Source of the DNA: Octopus vulgaris
Lineage: Eukaryota
Assembly (NCBI GenBank): GCA_951406725.2
Contig: OX597833.1
Span: forward strand, 45,384,001 to 45,448,000
Reading direction: 5' to 3'
Length of the DNA stretch: 64,000 bases
The translations under genes were made by a program, and so were the position numbers. Positions 15,340 through 28,238 of this stretch are shown one piece after another. How positions within the stretch are numbered: position 1 is the stretch's first letter; every line of letters starts with the position of its first letter. The notes beneath the pieces were generated by a model. The model saw nothing but the letters and a program-made list of their open reading frames with translations, was not told where the DNA came from and searched no databases.

Positions 15340-16090
15340 ATACTGTGTCTAATGAAGATTGGCAATAGGCATTATTTGAATTGGATTTGAACTCTTCAGT
15401 ATACTCTTTATACCATAAGCTTAATGAGTATGTACAATATATTAATATTCACTCTAATCACCATCGATCAGTACTAAATGACATAATCAACAGTATCTCC
15501 ATTATAACATTTGATCTTTCAGCAAATGAAGACATCATTAATAACCAAGTAACCTATTATAATCAAGCTCTATGCACTAGCGGATTCTCTGACAAAATAA
15601 AATATGAAGTTTCAGAATTAGCCAAGCTAGATTCTAAGTCTAAACTCTCGGAGACCATTCACAACGCGTTCGAATCCAGCATAGCAACCCATCCTACCAG
15701 AGATAGAGTGCCCACCCCAATCTTCTACTATATTTCAAAAGATTTACCAGAAGCGTCTCCTACCTAACCCTAAGCGCAAGAGCACACACATGGTAGATAA
15801 TCCGAAGCGAAATCGAGATGCCAGATATCCACCAGGAACACAAATTCCATACCCTCACGGTATACCAAATAAAAGTGGGAGGAGAAACATTCTTTAGTAT
15901 ACACCCCGTTTTTCCTTAAACGTCAAGAGCCTACCTCAGCAGTTTTTTTTTTATCAAGTCCAATTTCCACCACAACACAAGCTCCACTCAATATTTAAAT
16001 TACCCACAATTAAATTATCGTTATTAGCAGCTCCTAATACCGAATCAATTATAGCAGCATCAAATAAGCGCAAAATTAACCGATATAACT
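15340..16090 (+). mobile_element. Penelope-like element remnant, RT C-terminal region and linker
   Basis: YINIHSNH..LSANEDI.N....YYNQAL..SGF (ORF 15381-15767), then frameshifted WYTP.F.LNVK..HKLHSIF..IKLSLLAAPN, typical of PLE ORFs. Confidence 0.75.
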
Positions 16091-16104
16091 TACATACCAC
16101 GACA

Positions 16105-16145
<41 letters not shown>

Positions 16146-16172
16146 CTACATCAATAATAATAATAATAATAA

Positions 16173-16213
<41 letters not shown>

Positions 16214-16246
16214 ATAATAATGATAATAATAATAGTAATAATAATG

Positions 16247-16665
16247 TTTTCTTTATTAGCCACAAGGGTCGGACACAAAACAAATAGGGACAATACAGCA
16301 CAAGGGACAAGTGAGGTTTGGCACAATATCATGTATAAAATATAAAAACAAAACAATTAACAATACAATTAAACAATAAAAATTCTCCAAAAGGGGCTGT
16401 TTCTCTCAGTTACCCCGACCGCCAAGGGCACCTTAGCAGGAGCCTCTCATTTTCTCAACTCTTCCGGTTTACAAGCGAACGTTCAGAGCAGGCCTATTCA
16501 CACGGGTAAGCCTCGCTGCATTCGCCCACCTTTCAACAAAAATACCCTCATTTTCCTTTTCAAGTGGAACTTGCAAAAATCGATGAGGGCTTGGCCGAAG
16601 AGGAAGGTTCCTGTCTTCAGTCCTTTCAATCTCGTCCACCACTCTATGACCTTCGCCAGAGCCAC
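16247..16665 (-). mobile_element. 3' end of an L1/Tx1-clade LINE (ORF2 C-terminus plus 3' UTR)
   Basis: AKVIEWWTRLKGLK..F.KFHLKRK..FVERW resembles Tx1-type C-termini. It ends ...cccttgtggctaataaagaaa next to a simple repeat. Confidence 0.55.
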
Positions 16666-16677
16666 CAGAGAAAAACT

Positions 16678-17465
16678 GCATAATACCAGGTAGTAGCTCT
16701 CATGGCTTCTGATCTTAAGTGGTTGGAAGTGTTATCATGTATATGTTTTGTCTTTGTGCAAAAAAATGGCCTACAGCAATTATTCTGCTCAATACCTATT
16801 TCTTTATTACCCACAAGGGGCTAAACTTAGAGGGGACAAACAAGGACAGACATAGGTATTAAGTCGATTACATCGACCCCAGTGCGTAACTGGTACTTAA
16901 TTTATCGACCCCGAAAGGATGAAAGGTCAAGTCGACCTCGGCGGAATTTGAACTCACAACGTAACGGCAGACGAAATACTGCTACGCATTTCGCCCGACG
17001 TACTAACGTTTCTGCCAGCTCACCACGGACTTGCTTGTCAGTTGTTTGACCTTAACTAGTTTAATACGTCCCTTAGTGGTTCACAATATGTGCATCTCTG
17101 ATCACGAGCAGCAGTAGTGAATGGGGAAGAGGTCATCATAGCCATGTGCTGAGAGGGATTCGTGAGCTTTGAATAATTCACCTCTGGTAACATGTGTATT
17201 TCGTTCATAATCCTTAAACAACCTTTATTCAGGGACATTTTTCAGTGGGATGGGCTACTCGACCTGAAGAAAATTCTAACTGGGCCCCACCTGCAATATC
17301 ATGCGCTGTTTATTTTGATATGAGGTTACCACGCTGCTCACATATGGCCGTGATGCACGTGCCTGGTGTACCTTATCAGACGGGTAGTGGTGTTGGGTAT
17401 ATTGGGCCTTGTGTATTTGTACCCCAGCGTCACTTTGATGGCGTGCGTTACTCCTTCTCTCTTTT
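16678..17465 (+). mobile_element. Diverged family E copy with a nested SINE B at ~16796-17024 (-)
   Basis: Collinear with the reverse complement of 21842-22397 once the SINE is removed; followed by (TAA)n. Confidence 0.7.
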
Positions 17466-17523
<58 letters not shown>

Positions 17524-17859
17524 CAACAACAACAACTGTAATGTACACAACACAGAAGGGCAATCTATTATGGTTGGTAACAAAGGCAATAACTCTAATA
17601 ATAGCAATAATAACGACAACAATAATAATCCTTTCTACTATAGGCATAAAGCCTGGAATTTTGGGGTAGGGGACCAGTCGATTACATCGACCTCAGTGCG
17701 TAACTGGTACTTAATTTCAACTCGACGGCATTTGAACTCAGAACCGTGAGACAGAAGAAATACCACTAAGCATTTCGCCCGGCGTGGTAACGATTCTGCC
17801 AGCTCGCCGCCTTAATAATAATGATGATAATAATAATGATAATAATAATAATAATAATG

Positions 17860-17957
<98 letters not shown>

Positions 17958-18269
17958 TATTATTATTATTATCATTATAGTACTGATAATAGTAATACAA
18001 ACAACCCCGACAATGGCGCCAGTGTAAGGAATATTGAGATTGATAACCACCGTAAGATGAGCTAAATATAAAAATACAAGCGAGAATGTGAACAAACATG
18101 CTAACGTCGCTGAGAACAGGATTCCCAGTACAACTAGTAATATTATTACTAATAATAAGAATATCAAATCTATATAACTCTGGAATATAGCATATATAAA
18201 AAAGATGAATCTGACAGACCCAATTTAATTCCAGATATATATCTCCGGAAAAATATTAACAACATAGTG

Positions 18270-18715
18270 CAAAGGAACCCTTCAGGAAAAGATGCAACCG
18301 TAAAGTATGTAGTAATTGTCCAATACAAGGTAGCTCTCGCAGTTTTAACGTTGTTTATAAATGTATGGTTCTAAAACTCTTTCTGGATATACGTTGGTTC
18401 CACCGTCAATTTTAAACGCCAATACATAGCTCATCTAAGCTCTTTTAAATCTACTAAACACAATAAGTCTACCTCACCAGCAAACCAAATGCATAAGCTT
18501 AAGCAAAGCAGAGTATCATATAATATTATTTCGTCTATCATCGATACTGGAGTACCATACCAGGACACAAATGCTCTGTGTTGGTTATGCCTAAAGAGTT
18601 TGTACAAATCCTATTACATAATCTACCACAATTTTTGAACCGGCAAAATGAAGCGCATACCAATTGTGTCCACAAATTCTTCAAAGCATTCAAATTTCAT
18701 CTCAAATCTGAATCT
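18270..18715 (+). mobile_element. Penelope-like element remnant, GIY-YIG endonuclease
   Basis: VVYKC..YVGSTVNFKR..HLSSF...CWLCL.E..FLNRQNE..CVH across frameshifts. Probably the continuation of 15340-16090, split by later insertions. Confidence 0.7.
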
Positions 18716-18769
18716 AGCTCTTTGCATTTCTCCACGCAATTTTCACCCACAGAAATTAGAAGTACTCTT

Positions 18770-18981
18770 TTTTCTCTTTTCTCTTTTACTTGTTTCAGTC
18801 ATTTGACTGCGGCCATGCTGGAGCACCGCCTTTAGTCGAGCAACTCGACCCTGGGGCTTATTCTTTGTAAGCCCAGTACTTATTCTATCGGTCTCTTTTG
18901 CCGAGCCGCTAAGTGACGGGGACATAAACACACCAGCATCGGTTGTCAAGCAATGCTAGGGGAACAGACACAGACACACAA

Positions 18982-19063
<82 letters not shown>

Positions 19064-19223
19064 GACAGGCTTCTTTCAGTTTCCGTCTACCAAATCCACT
19101 CAGAAGGCTTTGGTCGGCCCGAGGCTATAGTAGTAGATACTTGCCCATGGTGCCACGCAGTGGGACTGAACCCGGAACCATGTGGTTGGTAAGCAAGCTA
19201 CTTACCACACAGCCACTCCTGCG
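18770..19223 (-). mobile_element. SINE A
   Basis: Consensus match. Confidence 0.9.
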
Positions 19224-20093
19224 CATGCCTATTTAATTTGATTTAAATTAATCCGTAGTGCACCATTGTATATGTATCTCTCTGAAATCCTTATTTACTC
19301 TCCCTATTCTAAAATTCACAACTTATTTGAACTCTATGATTTCATATTCTATAATTCTTTGTTTCGGTCTGCATTCTGATCGTAATTCCAATACAACGAT
19401 TTAACTAAATATTATTTTGTAGCAACTACATGCTATATATTCTAGCAATCCCTTATAGATATTCTTAGCTAATGTACAAATTTTATGATCTTTCTGTTTA
19501 CTCCTGTGCTACTCCTATACCTACATTTAACCATATTCATACTTTTCATTGAATTTAGAATTTTAAATGTTAAATCTCGATTGATACAGTAAATAAATTC
19601 CTTATTCTGGTAACTACAAATAAACGCATACATATAAAGCACAATCACTGTCCTCATCATGTATCTTATAGTTTATAACCAGCTGAAACTGAATCCTATC
19701 TTTGCCGATCTATAACCATACATGAATATTATTTCTTATTCATTTTACCTCTCTTCTCCTCTACTTCGTATAACTTTTTCCTTCTCACACATAATGCATG
19801 ACCACCATACAACATAACTAGTGGTAGTAGGTATATTTTATCTTGTACGTCCACCCCCACTCTGAAACTCTAGGCCTCACTTTTCATGTAATGTTCCCTA
19901 CCTCGTGGCTAGTGTAGCTTAATGATAATTCTAACTTACTAGCCCCACATACTGTTGCTATTCTACAATGGTCTTCTACAAACCAATCCACTTAGCATCC
20001 TTCTTCCCTACCTATATTAGCATTGGCCACTTCTTTCTATGTGTTTTCCTCGGAAATAAAATGGTAGATTTGGAGAAAGCTGTATCTCTAACA

Positions 20094-20312
20094 CAGTGAT
20101 TTTTAAACTTTTTGCTGGAGCGGAACCCCAAGGAAACATTCCACCGGCTCGAGGAACCCCTGTGCAATAATTTAATAGTCTTATGCACACATATCTGCAC
20201 AGGAGAATTAGAAATTACTGCCGATTTTAGAAGTTTTGTAACTTCTTGCGGAACCCCTTCACTGTACTGGTGGAACCCTAAGGTTCCGCGGAACCCTGGT
20301 TGAAAACCACTG
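20094..20312. mobile_element. hAT-type MITE
   Basis: 8-bp TSD ctctaaca (20086-20093 and 20313-20320), TIRs cagtgatttttaaac / gttgaaaaccactg, repeated ggaaccc motifs. Confidence 0.85.
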
Positions 20313-20451
20313 CTCTAACAAGAGCATGGGGCTTAGCTCCTAAAGAATGCTAGCGTTTATAATCAGGATATCCTCGCAAATCTTACAACTCGTATAAAAG
20401 AGGATATCAAGGAAGGAGTTATTACTGTTGCCGCTTTGCAGAAGTATTTTA

Positions 20452-20500
<49 letters not shown>

Positions 20501-20613
20501 GTTGTTGTTGTTGTTGTTGTTATTGTTATTGTTATTATTATTGTTGTTATTGCTGTTGTTGTTGTTATTGTTGTTGTTATTGTTGTTGTTGTTATTATTA
20601 TTAATTATTATTA

Positions 20614-20680
<67 letters not shown>

Positions 20681-20705
20681 GTAGTATTAGTAGTAGTAGT
20701 AGTAT

Positions 20706-21300
20706 TGCCTTTGCTCAGCTTCTAACGCTGGAGATGTACTACAGTGTCAGCTGTTCACTACCAGTGAACTAAGGCAACGCCCCTTAGTTTTCGAGCACCT
20801 TCCGGAGTACTCAAGCGGTTTCAAGCAGTGCTGTTTTCTGCAAATGCTCCACCCTTATTGCAGCCCCTATATGTTCCACCTACTTCTCGAGATTTTTGCT
20901 CACTGTTCCCAGGGCTCCGACAATTATTGGTACTACTGTTACCTTCTTCATCGACCACAACTGCTTAACTTCCCAAGCTAATCTGTCATATCTCTCAACT
21001 TTTCTTTCTTCCTTATAGAATAACTTGTCAGCTGGGCATGCTATATCTATGATCCAGCATAGTTTGTTTTCTTTCTCAATTAAAACTATGTCTGGCTTCC
21101 TATTCTCTATTTCATGGTTGCACTGAATCATAAAGTCCCATAGGATCTTTGCATTTTTATTTTCGACGATGCCTTCGGGTTTGTGGTCTGTCAAGTCCAT
21201 ACTTGTTGCAAAGTGTCCAATGGACAAACCTGGCTATATTGTCATGGCGTCTCTTATATTCCTTCTGGGCTAGTGGCGTACATTGGCTGGTAATATGCCA
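20706..21300 (-). mobile_element. 5'-truncated R4/Dong-clade non-LTR retrotransposon (restriction-like endonuclease plus 3' UTR) in (TAA)n
   Basis: HITSQC..LAQKEYKRRHDN, ILWDF.IQC, RKPDIV, IIDIACP, K.ERY..L, VVPIIVGALG. Confidence 0.9.
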
Positions 21301-21326
21301 GCTGGTTATAAGTAGCGTACAGTGCC

Positions 21327-21402
<76 letters not shown>

Positions 21403-21415
21403 CATTATTGCTATT

Positions 21416-21760
21416 AAGGCGGTGAGCTGGCAGAATTGTTAGCAAGCTGGACGAAATGCTTAGCAGTATTTCGCCCGTCGCTACATTCTGAGTTCAAATT
21501 CCGCCGAGGTCGACTTTGCCTGTCATCCTTTCGGGGCCGATAAATTAAGTACCAGTTGAGTACTAGGTTGATGCAATCGGCTTTCCCCCGCCTCCAAATT
21601 TCAGGCCTATGATTAGAGTTCAAATTCCGCCGAGATCGACTTTGCCTTTCATCCTTTCGAGGGCGATAAATTAAGTACCAGTGAAACACTGATGTCGATG
21701 TAATCGACTAGTCTCCTCCCCTCAAATTTCAGGTGTTGTGCTTTTAATAGAAAGGATTAT
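21416..21760 (+). mobile_element. SINE B with the alternative tail (..ccaaatttcagg..agaaaggattatt), partially duplicated
   Basis: Other copies at about 17625-17813 (-), 38060-38400 (+), 46680-46885 (-), 50545-50760 (-), 52000-53010 (+) and 60370-60550 (-). Confidence 0.8.
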
Positions 21761-21841
21761 TATTACTATTATCATCATCATTATCATTATTATTATTATC
21801 ATCATTTTTTTATTATTATCATCATTTATTATTATTATTAT

Positions 21842-22395
21842 TGAGTGAGAGAGCAGTTCATGCCATCAAAGTGACACTGGGGTAAAATATACGAAGCCCA
21901 ATATACCCATCATGACTACCCGTCTGATAAAGGTACACCAGGCACATGCATCACAACCATATGTGCGCGACATGGTGATCTCATATCAAGATAAACAGCA
22001 CATGACCTTGCAGGTGGGGCCCAGTTAGAATTTTCTTCAGGTTGAGTAGCCCATCCCGCTCAAACGGTCCCTGAATAAGGGTTGTTTAAGGATGTTGAAA
22101 GAACCACCCATGTTTCCAGAGGTGAACTATTCAAACCCCAAAGAATCCCTCTCAACACATGGCTATGATGCTCCCCCACTACTTCTGCTCGTGATCAGAG
22201 ATGCACATATCGTCAGCCACTAAGGGACATGCTCAACTGGTTAAGGTCAAACAACTGACAAGCAAATCTGTGGTATTGAGCAGAATATTTGCTGTAGCCC
22301 ATCTTTTATACCAAGACAAAACAATGTACATGATAACACTTCCAATCAGTTAAGATCAGAAGCCATGAGAGCCACTGTCTGGTACTGCATCAGGG

Positions 22396-22397
<2 letters not shown>
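21842..22397 (-). mobile_element. Family E: ~555-bp non-coding element embedded in (TAA)n
   Basis: Flanked on both sides by TAA/TTA tracts. Homologues at about 16678-17465 (+, interrupted by a SINE B), 50424-50516 (+, 3' end only) and 47560-47755 (-). Confidence 0.75.
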
Positions 22398-22444
<47 letters not shown>

Positions 22445-22448
22445 TAAC

Positions 22449-22515
<67 letters not shown>

Positions 22516-22528
22516 CATCATTACTTTA

Positions 22529-22563
<35 letters not shown>

Positions 22564-22578
22564 CATTATTATTATTAC

Positions 22579-22634
<56 letters not shown>

Positions 22635-22636
<2 letters not shown>

Positions 22637-22860
22637 GTTGTGTATATGTTTGTGTGTCTGTGTTTGTCCCCCCTCCCCCAACATCGCTTGACAACCGACG
22701 CTGGTGTGTTTACGTCCCCGTAACTTAAGCGGTTCGGCAAAGGAGACCGATAGAATAAGTACTAGGTTTACAAAGAACAAGTCCTGGGATCGATTTGCTC
22801 GACTAAAGGCAGTGCTCCAGCATGGCCACAGTCGCATGACTGAAACAAGTAAAAGAGTAA
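22635..22860 (+). mobile_element. SINE A 3' half, followed by SINE B copies (22864-23410)
   Basis: Consensus match. Confidence 0.8.
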
Positions 22861-23465
22861 AATAAGGCGGTGAGCAGGCAGAATCGTTAGCTCGCCGGGC
22901 GAAATTCTTAGCGGCATTTCGTCTGTCTTTACTTACTGAGTTCAAATTCCACCGAGGTCGAATTTGCGTTTCATCAACTCTGGATCGATGAAATAAGTAC
23001 CAATGAAAGACTGGGGTCGATATAATCGACTAGTCCCCAACCCCAAATTTCAGGCCTTGTGCCTTTAGTATAAAGGATTATTATTATAATTAAGGTGGCG
23101 AGCTGGCAGAATTGTTAGCAGGCCGGACTCCGTCTCTGACATATTCTCTGAAGTTTCATAACAGATACATTTACATTATTGATTTCAAATTTTGGCACAA
23201 GGCCAGCAATAAGTCGATTACACCGACCCCAAGTGTTCGATGAACAAAATGCTTATCGGTTTTTCGTCCGCCTTCACGTTATGAGTTGACTTTACCTTTC
23301 ATTCTTTAGGGGGGCGATAAAATAAGTATCAGTTGATCACTGGTGTCGATGTAATCGACTTTCCCCTCTCCACCGAAATTGCTTGCCTTATGCCAAATTT
23401 GAAACCATTATTATTATTATTATTATCATCATCATCATTATTATTGTTGTTGTTGTTGCTGTCGT

Positions 23466-24023
23466 CTTCTTCTTCTTCTTCTTCTTCTTCTTCTTCTTCT
23501 TCTTCTTCTTCTTCTTCTTCTTCTTCTTCTTCTTCTTCTTCTTCTTCTTCTTCCAATCAGGACTCACGCCATTAGCCACAAAGAATAATCTCTAATTCGA
23601 GTCTACTCTAAGCTACTTAGAATGCGTGTGGCAACTTGAAGATCAACCCACCACACGCGATAGACTGGCGGTTGCATGGGCGCGAAAACTACGTTGTTAT
23701 CCTCATTCCGTAAACGTTGGCTTTTTAACGGGTGCAGAGCTGAACCATCCTGGGTACAGAGGATTCGCAATCTAGACTAGGGTCTGAAAAATTACCACAC
23801 CACAGTGGGTTACACCATGGTTCCTCTGCTTTGTGGAAGAAGTAGGAAGAAAGAGTGAGAGAAAGTTGTGGTGAAAGAGTACAGCAGGGTTCATCCCCCA
23901 ACTGGAGCCTCGTGGAGCTTAGGTGTTTTTCCTCAATAAACACTCACAAAGCCCGGTCTGGGAATCGAAACCGCGTTCTTACGACCGCGAGTCCGCTGCC
24001 CTAACCACTGGGCCATTGCGCCC
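23466..24023 (-). mobile_element. SINE C head and body with a different, longer tail ending in (GAA)n
   Basis: About 23845-24023 matches family C; 23554-23840 is unrelated to the tail of 41514-41815. Confidence 0.7.
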
Positions 24024-24824
24024 CCATTGTTGTTGCTGTTGTTTTTGTTTTTGTTGTTATTGTAGTTGTTTGTATATGGGTGTGGATGTGAACTATAAAT
24101 ATGACTGCAGGAAATGTCCGACAAGCAGCGCCATATGTCGCTATTATGAAGGGGGTGTGTGTGGAAAAGGCCATTTTTTTTTCTCAGATGTGCAGATCAT
24201 GGACCGATATAACAACACCATTTTGAAACGGGTTATAAAACAACCGCCAACGCATTAATCTCGATCACAACAGCAGGAGCAGTGACAACTTTATCAATGC
24301 TGATATTGCTAAGCAGAATGGTTTAGTCATTAAATCATTGAGAGGAAGGTAACGTTTGCGGTGATGTCAACACGGCTTACCGAATTACGGAAATATATAA
24401 AACTGACATCCGATATACAGCAAAGTTATACACACAGCAGTCACTGTTAGTTTATATACAGCCTCTACTCGGATGTTACACAAGGAGAGAGTTTAATGTT
24501 TCAACATTCTTTAGTGACATTTAAGTTTAATGCCCTGAAGCACCTTGAGTGTTGACAAATTATGCAATAAAATAAATGTACCAACCAAGTCCTGGGGCTG
24601 ATTTAATTGACTTATTCACTATCCACAATTCAAAACATATGGCCTTACAGCAATTTTAGCTATTTTCTTTTTAAATAATCGCAGGATTACCAGTTAGTTA
24701 ATATAAGTTTTATAACTAGGAATTAAATATTAATACTTCATTATTTTTTTCAGTACAGTTGAGTATGGCATTTTCTAATGCCATACCAATCTCCAGCTGG
24801 TTTAACTGTTTTATCTTATATTTT

Positions 24825-24826
<2 letters not shown>

Positions 24827-24880
<54 letters not shown>

Positions 24881-27370
24881 TTAGCGTCCACTTTCCATAC
24901 TGGCATGGGTTAGACGGTTTGACTGGAATTACCAAGTCGGAGAGCTGTACCAGGTTCCAGGCTAGGTTTCTACGCCTGGATGCCATTCCTAACGGCATCG
25001 CTCCAAGAGTGTACATTGGTGCCTTTTACGTGTCATCGGCACTGGCCTTGACTACGGTTTCACTTGGCTTGACGAGTCTTCTCAAGCACAGCAAATCGCC
25101 AAAGCTCACAATCACTTGTCATCGCCTCCGTGAGATCCAACATTCGAAGATCATGCTTCACTGCCACGTCCTACGTCTTCCTGGGTCTACCTCTTTCACA
25201 GGTTCCCTCCACATTTAGAGATTGGCACTTCTTTATGAAACTGTCCTCATCCATACACATCACATGACCATACCAGCGCAGTCTTCTCTTGCACACGACA
25301 TCTGATGCATCTTATGTTCCCTCTGATGCCCCTTATGTTCCCTCTGATGCCTCATGTTCTCTCTGATGCCTCTTATGTTCCCTCTGATGCCTCTTATGTT
25401 CTCTCTGATGCCTCTTATGTTCCCTCTGATGCCTCTTATGTTCCCTCTGATGCCTCTTATTTTCCCTCTGATGCCTCTTATGTTCCCTCTGATGCCTCTT
25501 ATGGTCACTCTGATGCCTCTTATGTTCTCTCTGATGCCTCTTATGTTCCCTCTGATGCCTCTTATGTTCCCTCTGATGCCTCTTATGTTCTCTCTGATGC
25601 CTCTTATGTTCCCTCTGATGCCTCTTATGTTCCCTCTGATGCCTCTTATGTTCCCTCTGATGCCTCTTATGTTCCCTCTGATACCTCTTATGTTCCCTCT
25701 GATGCCTCTTATGTTCCTTCTGATGCCTCTTATGTTCCCTCTGATGCCTCATATGTTCTCTCTGATGCCTCTTATGTTCTCTCTGATGCCTCTTATGTTC
25801 CTTCTGATGCCTCTTATGTTCTCTCTGATGCCTCTTATGTTCCCTCTGATGCTTCTTATGTTCCCTCTGATGCCTCTTATGTTCCCTCTGATGCCTCTTA
25901 TGTTCCTTCTGATGCCTCTTATGTTCCCTCTGATGCCTCATGTTCCTTCTGATGCCTCTTATGTTCCCTCTGATGCCTCTTATGTTCCCTCTGATGCCTT
26001 TTATGTTCCCTTTTATGCCTCTTATGTTCCCTCTGGTGCCTCTTATGTTCCCTCTGATGCCTCTTATGTTCCCTCTGATGCCTCTTATGTTCCCTCTGAT
26101 GCCTCTTATGTTCCCTCTGATGCATCTTATGTTCCCTCTGATGCCTCTTATGTTCCCTCTGATGCCTCTTATGTTCTCTCTGATGCCTCTTATGTTCTCT
26201 CTGATGCCTCTTATATTCCCTCTGATGCCTCTTATGTTCTCTCTGATGCCTCTTATGTTCCCTCTGATGCCTCTTATGTTCCCTCTGGTGCCTCTTATGT
26301 TCCCTCTGATGCCTCTTATGTTCCCTCTGATGCCTCATATGTTCTCTCTGATGCCTCTTATGTTCCCTCTGATGCCTCTTATGTTCCTTCTGAAGCCTCT
26401 TATGTTCCCTCTGATGCCTCTTATGTTCCCTCTGATGCTTCTTATGTTCTCTCTGATGCTTCTTATTTTCCCTCTGATGCCTCTCATGTTCCCTCTGATG
26501 CCTCTTATGTTCCCTCTGATGCCTCTTATGTTCCTTCTGATGCCTCTTATGTTCCCTCTGATGCCTCTTATGGTCCCTCTGATGCTTCTTATTTTCTCTC
26601 TGATGCCTCTTATGTTCCCTCTGATGCCTCTTATGTTCCTTCTGATGCCTCTTATGTTCCCTCTGATGCCTCTTATGTTCCCTCTGATGCCTCTTATGTT
26701 CCCTCTGATGCCTCTTATGTTCCCTCTGATGCCTCTTATTTTCTCTCTGATGCCTCTTATGTTCCCTCTGATGCCTCTTATGTTCCCTCTGATGCCTCTT
26801 ATGTTCCTTCTGATGCCTCTTATGTTCCCTCTGATGCTTCTTATGTTCCCTCTGGTACCTCTTATGTTCCCTCTGATGCCTCTTATGTTCCCTCTGGTGC
26901 CTCTTATGTTCCCTCTGATGCCTCTTATGTTCCCTCTGATGCCTCTTATGTTCTCAATTTTTTTCTCCTCAAGACGCTTATATTCTGTCGTACATGCACA
27001 CCGACATTGCACATCTAGCATACTAGCATCATTTCTTTCAAGCCTTCGCATGTTCTCTGCACTCACTGCCGTGTAGCATGGCTGTTCGCACACAGGTATC
27101 TTACAATCTACTTTTCACTGAGGCAGAGGCCCTCTGTTACCAACAAATGTAGAAGCTCTCTAAACTATGCTCAGCCTATTCTTATTCTAGCAGCTATGCT
27201 CTCGGATCATCCGCCTCCATTGCTTTCTTCGTCACCCAGATAACGGAATCTATCAACAACTTAGAAGTGTCTGGCATTTGACAAAGTCTATTTTCTGTAC
27301 ATTTCTGGTGTTTATTGTACCTATACATCTGTCGCACACAAAGACTATTTTCTTTGTTAACTTTCTTCTG
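24827..27370 (-). mobile_element. RTE-type LINE 3' fragment with (GAT)n tail, split by the 21-bp minisatellite
   Basis: Minus-strand MRRLERNDASML..[array]..RLRWYGHV. A homologous uninterrupted copy lies at 43570-44110. Confidence 0.75.
25301..26955. repeat. 21-bp minisatellite (TCTGATGCCTCTTATGTTCCC), about 79 copies
   Basis: Directly visible tandem array with few substitutions and two 19-bp units (~25350 and ~25938). Confidence 0.98.
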
Positions 27371-27384
27371 ATATTTTCAGCCCA

Positions 27385-27564
27385 TCGTGCAGCACTGCGT
27401 TGAAGGCTTTTAGTCTAAAAAATTGACACTTCTACTTATTTTTATAAGTATTATACTTAGTCTATCGATCTGTTTTGCCGAAGCGCTAAGATTATGGGGG
27501 CATAAAAAAACCGACACTGGTTGTCGAGCGGTGCTGTGAGGTCAAATACAAGCACAAAAGTAAG

Positions 27565-27611
<47 letters not shown>

Positions 27612-28157
27612 GCACACACACAAATACGACGGCTTCCACACAGTTTCCGCCTACCAAATTCACTCGCAAGGCATTGGTCAGTCCAGGGCTTTAGTAGAAG
27701 ACACTTACCCAAGTCACTGCACAGTGAGTCTGAACCTAAAACTGTGTAGTTGCAGAGCAAGCCTCTTAACCATATTGCCATATATATGTATACGTATATG
27801 CAGGAGTGGCTGTGTGGTAAGTCGTTTGCTTTCCAATCATATTGTTCCGTGTTCAGTCCTACTGTGTGGCACGTTGGGCGAGTAGTATCATTTTTTGTTT
27901 TGCTGCACTGTTTGAAATTTGGTGTAATGATGTAATTTTTCACGTTGAATCTTAGGGTCTAATTCACTTGTTCCAGAAAAAAATTTTTTTAATGTTACAT
28001 AGGCGCAGGAGTGGCTGTATGGTACGTAGCTTGCTTACCAACCATATGGTTCCGGGTTCATTCTCACTGCGTGGCCTTGTGAGTGGATTTGGTAGACAGA
28101 AACTGAAGGAAGCCCGTCGTATATATGTATATATATATATGTATATATATATGTATA

Positions 28158-28238
<81 letters not shown>

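Noticed and set aside
24187-24348. + strand exon-like segment (tttttctcAG ... AAG|GTAACG)
   Set aside because: Stops in all three frames; a UTR exon cannot be supported from sequence alone.
25260-27093. Long ORFs (554, 378, 252, 215 and 202 aa) with VPSDASY, MPLMFPL, NIRGIRG or HKRHQRE repeats
   Set aside because: They are translations of a 21-bp minisatellite in several frames, inside a decayed LINE, with no splice or start context.
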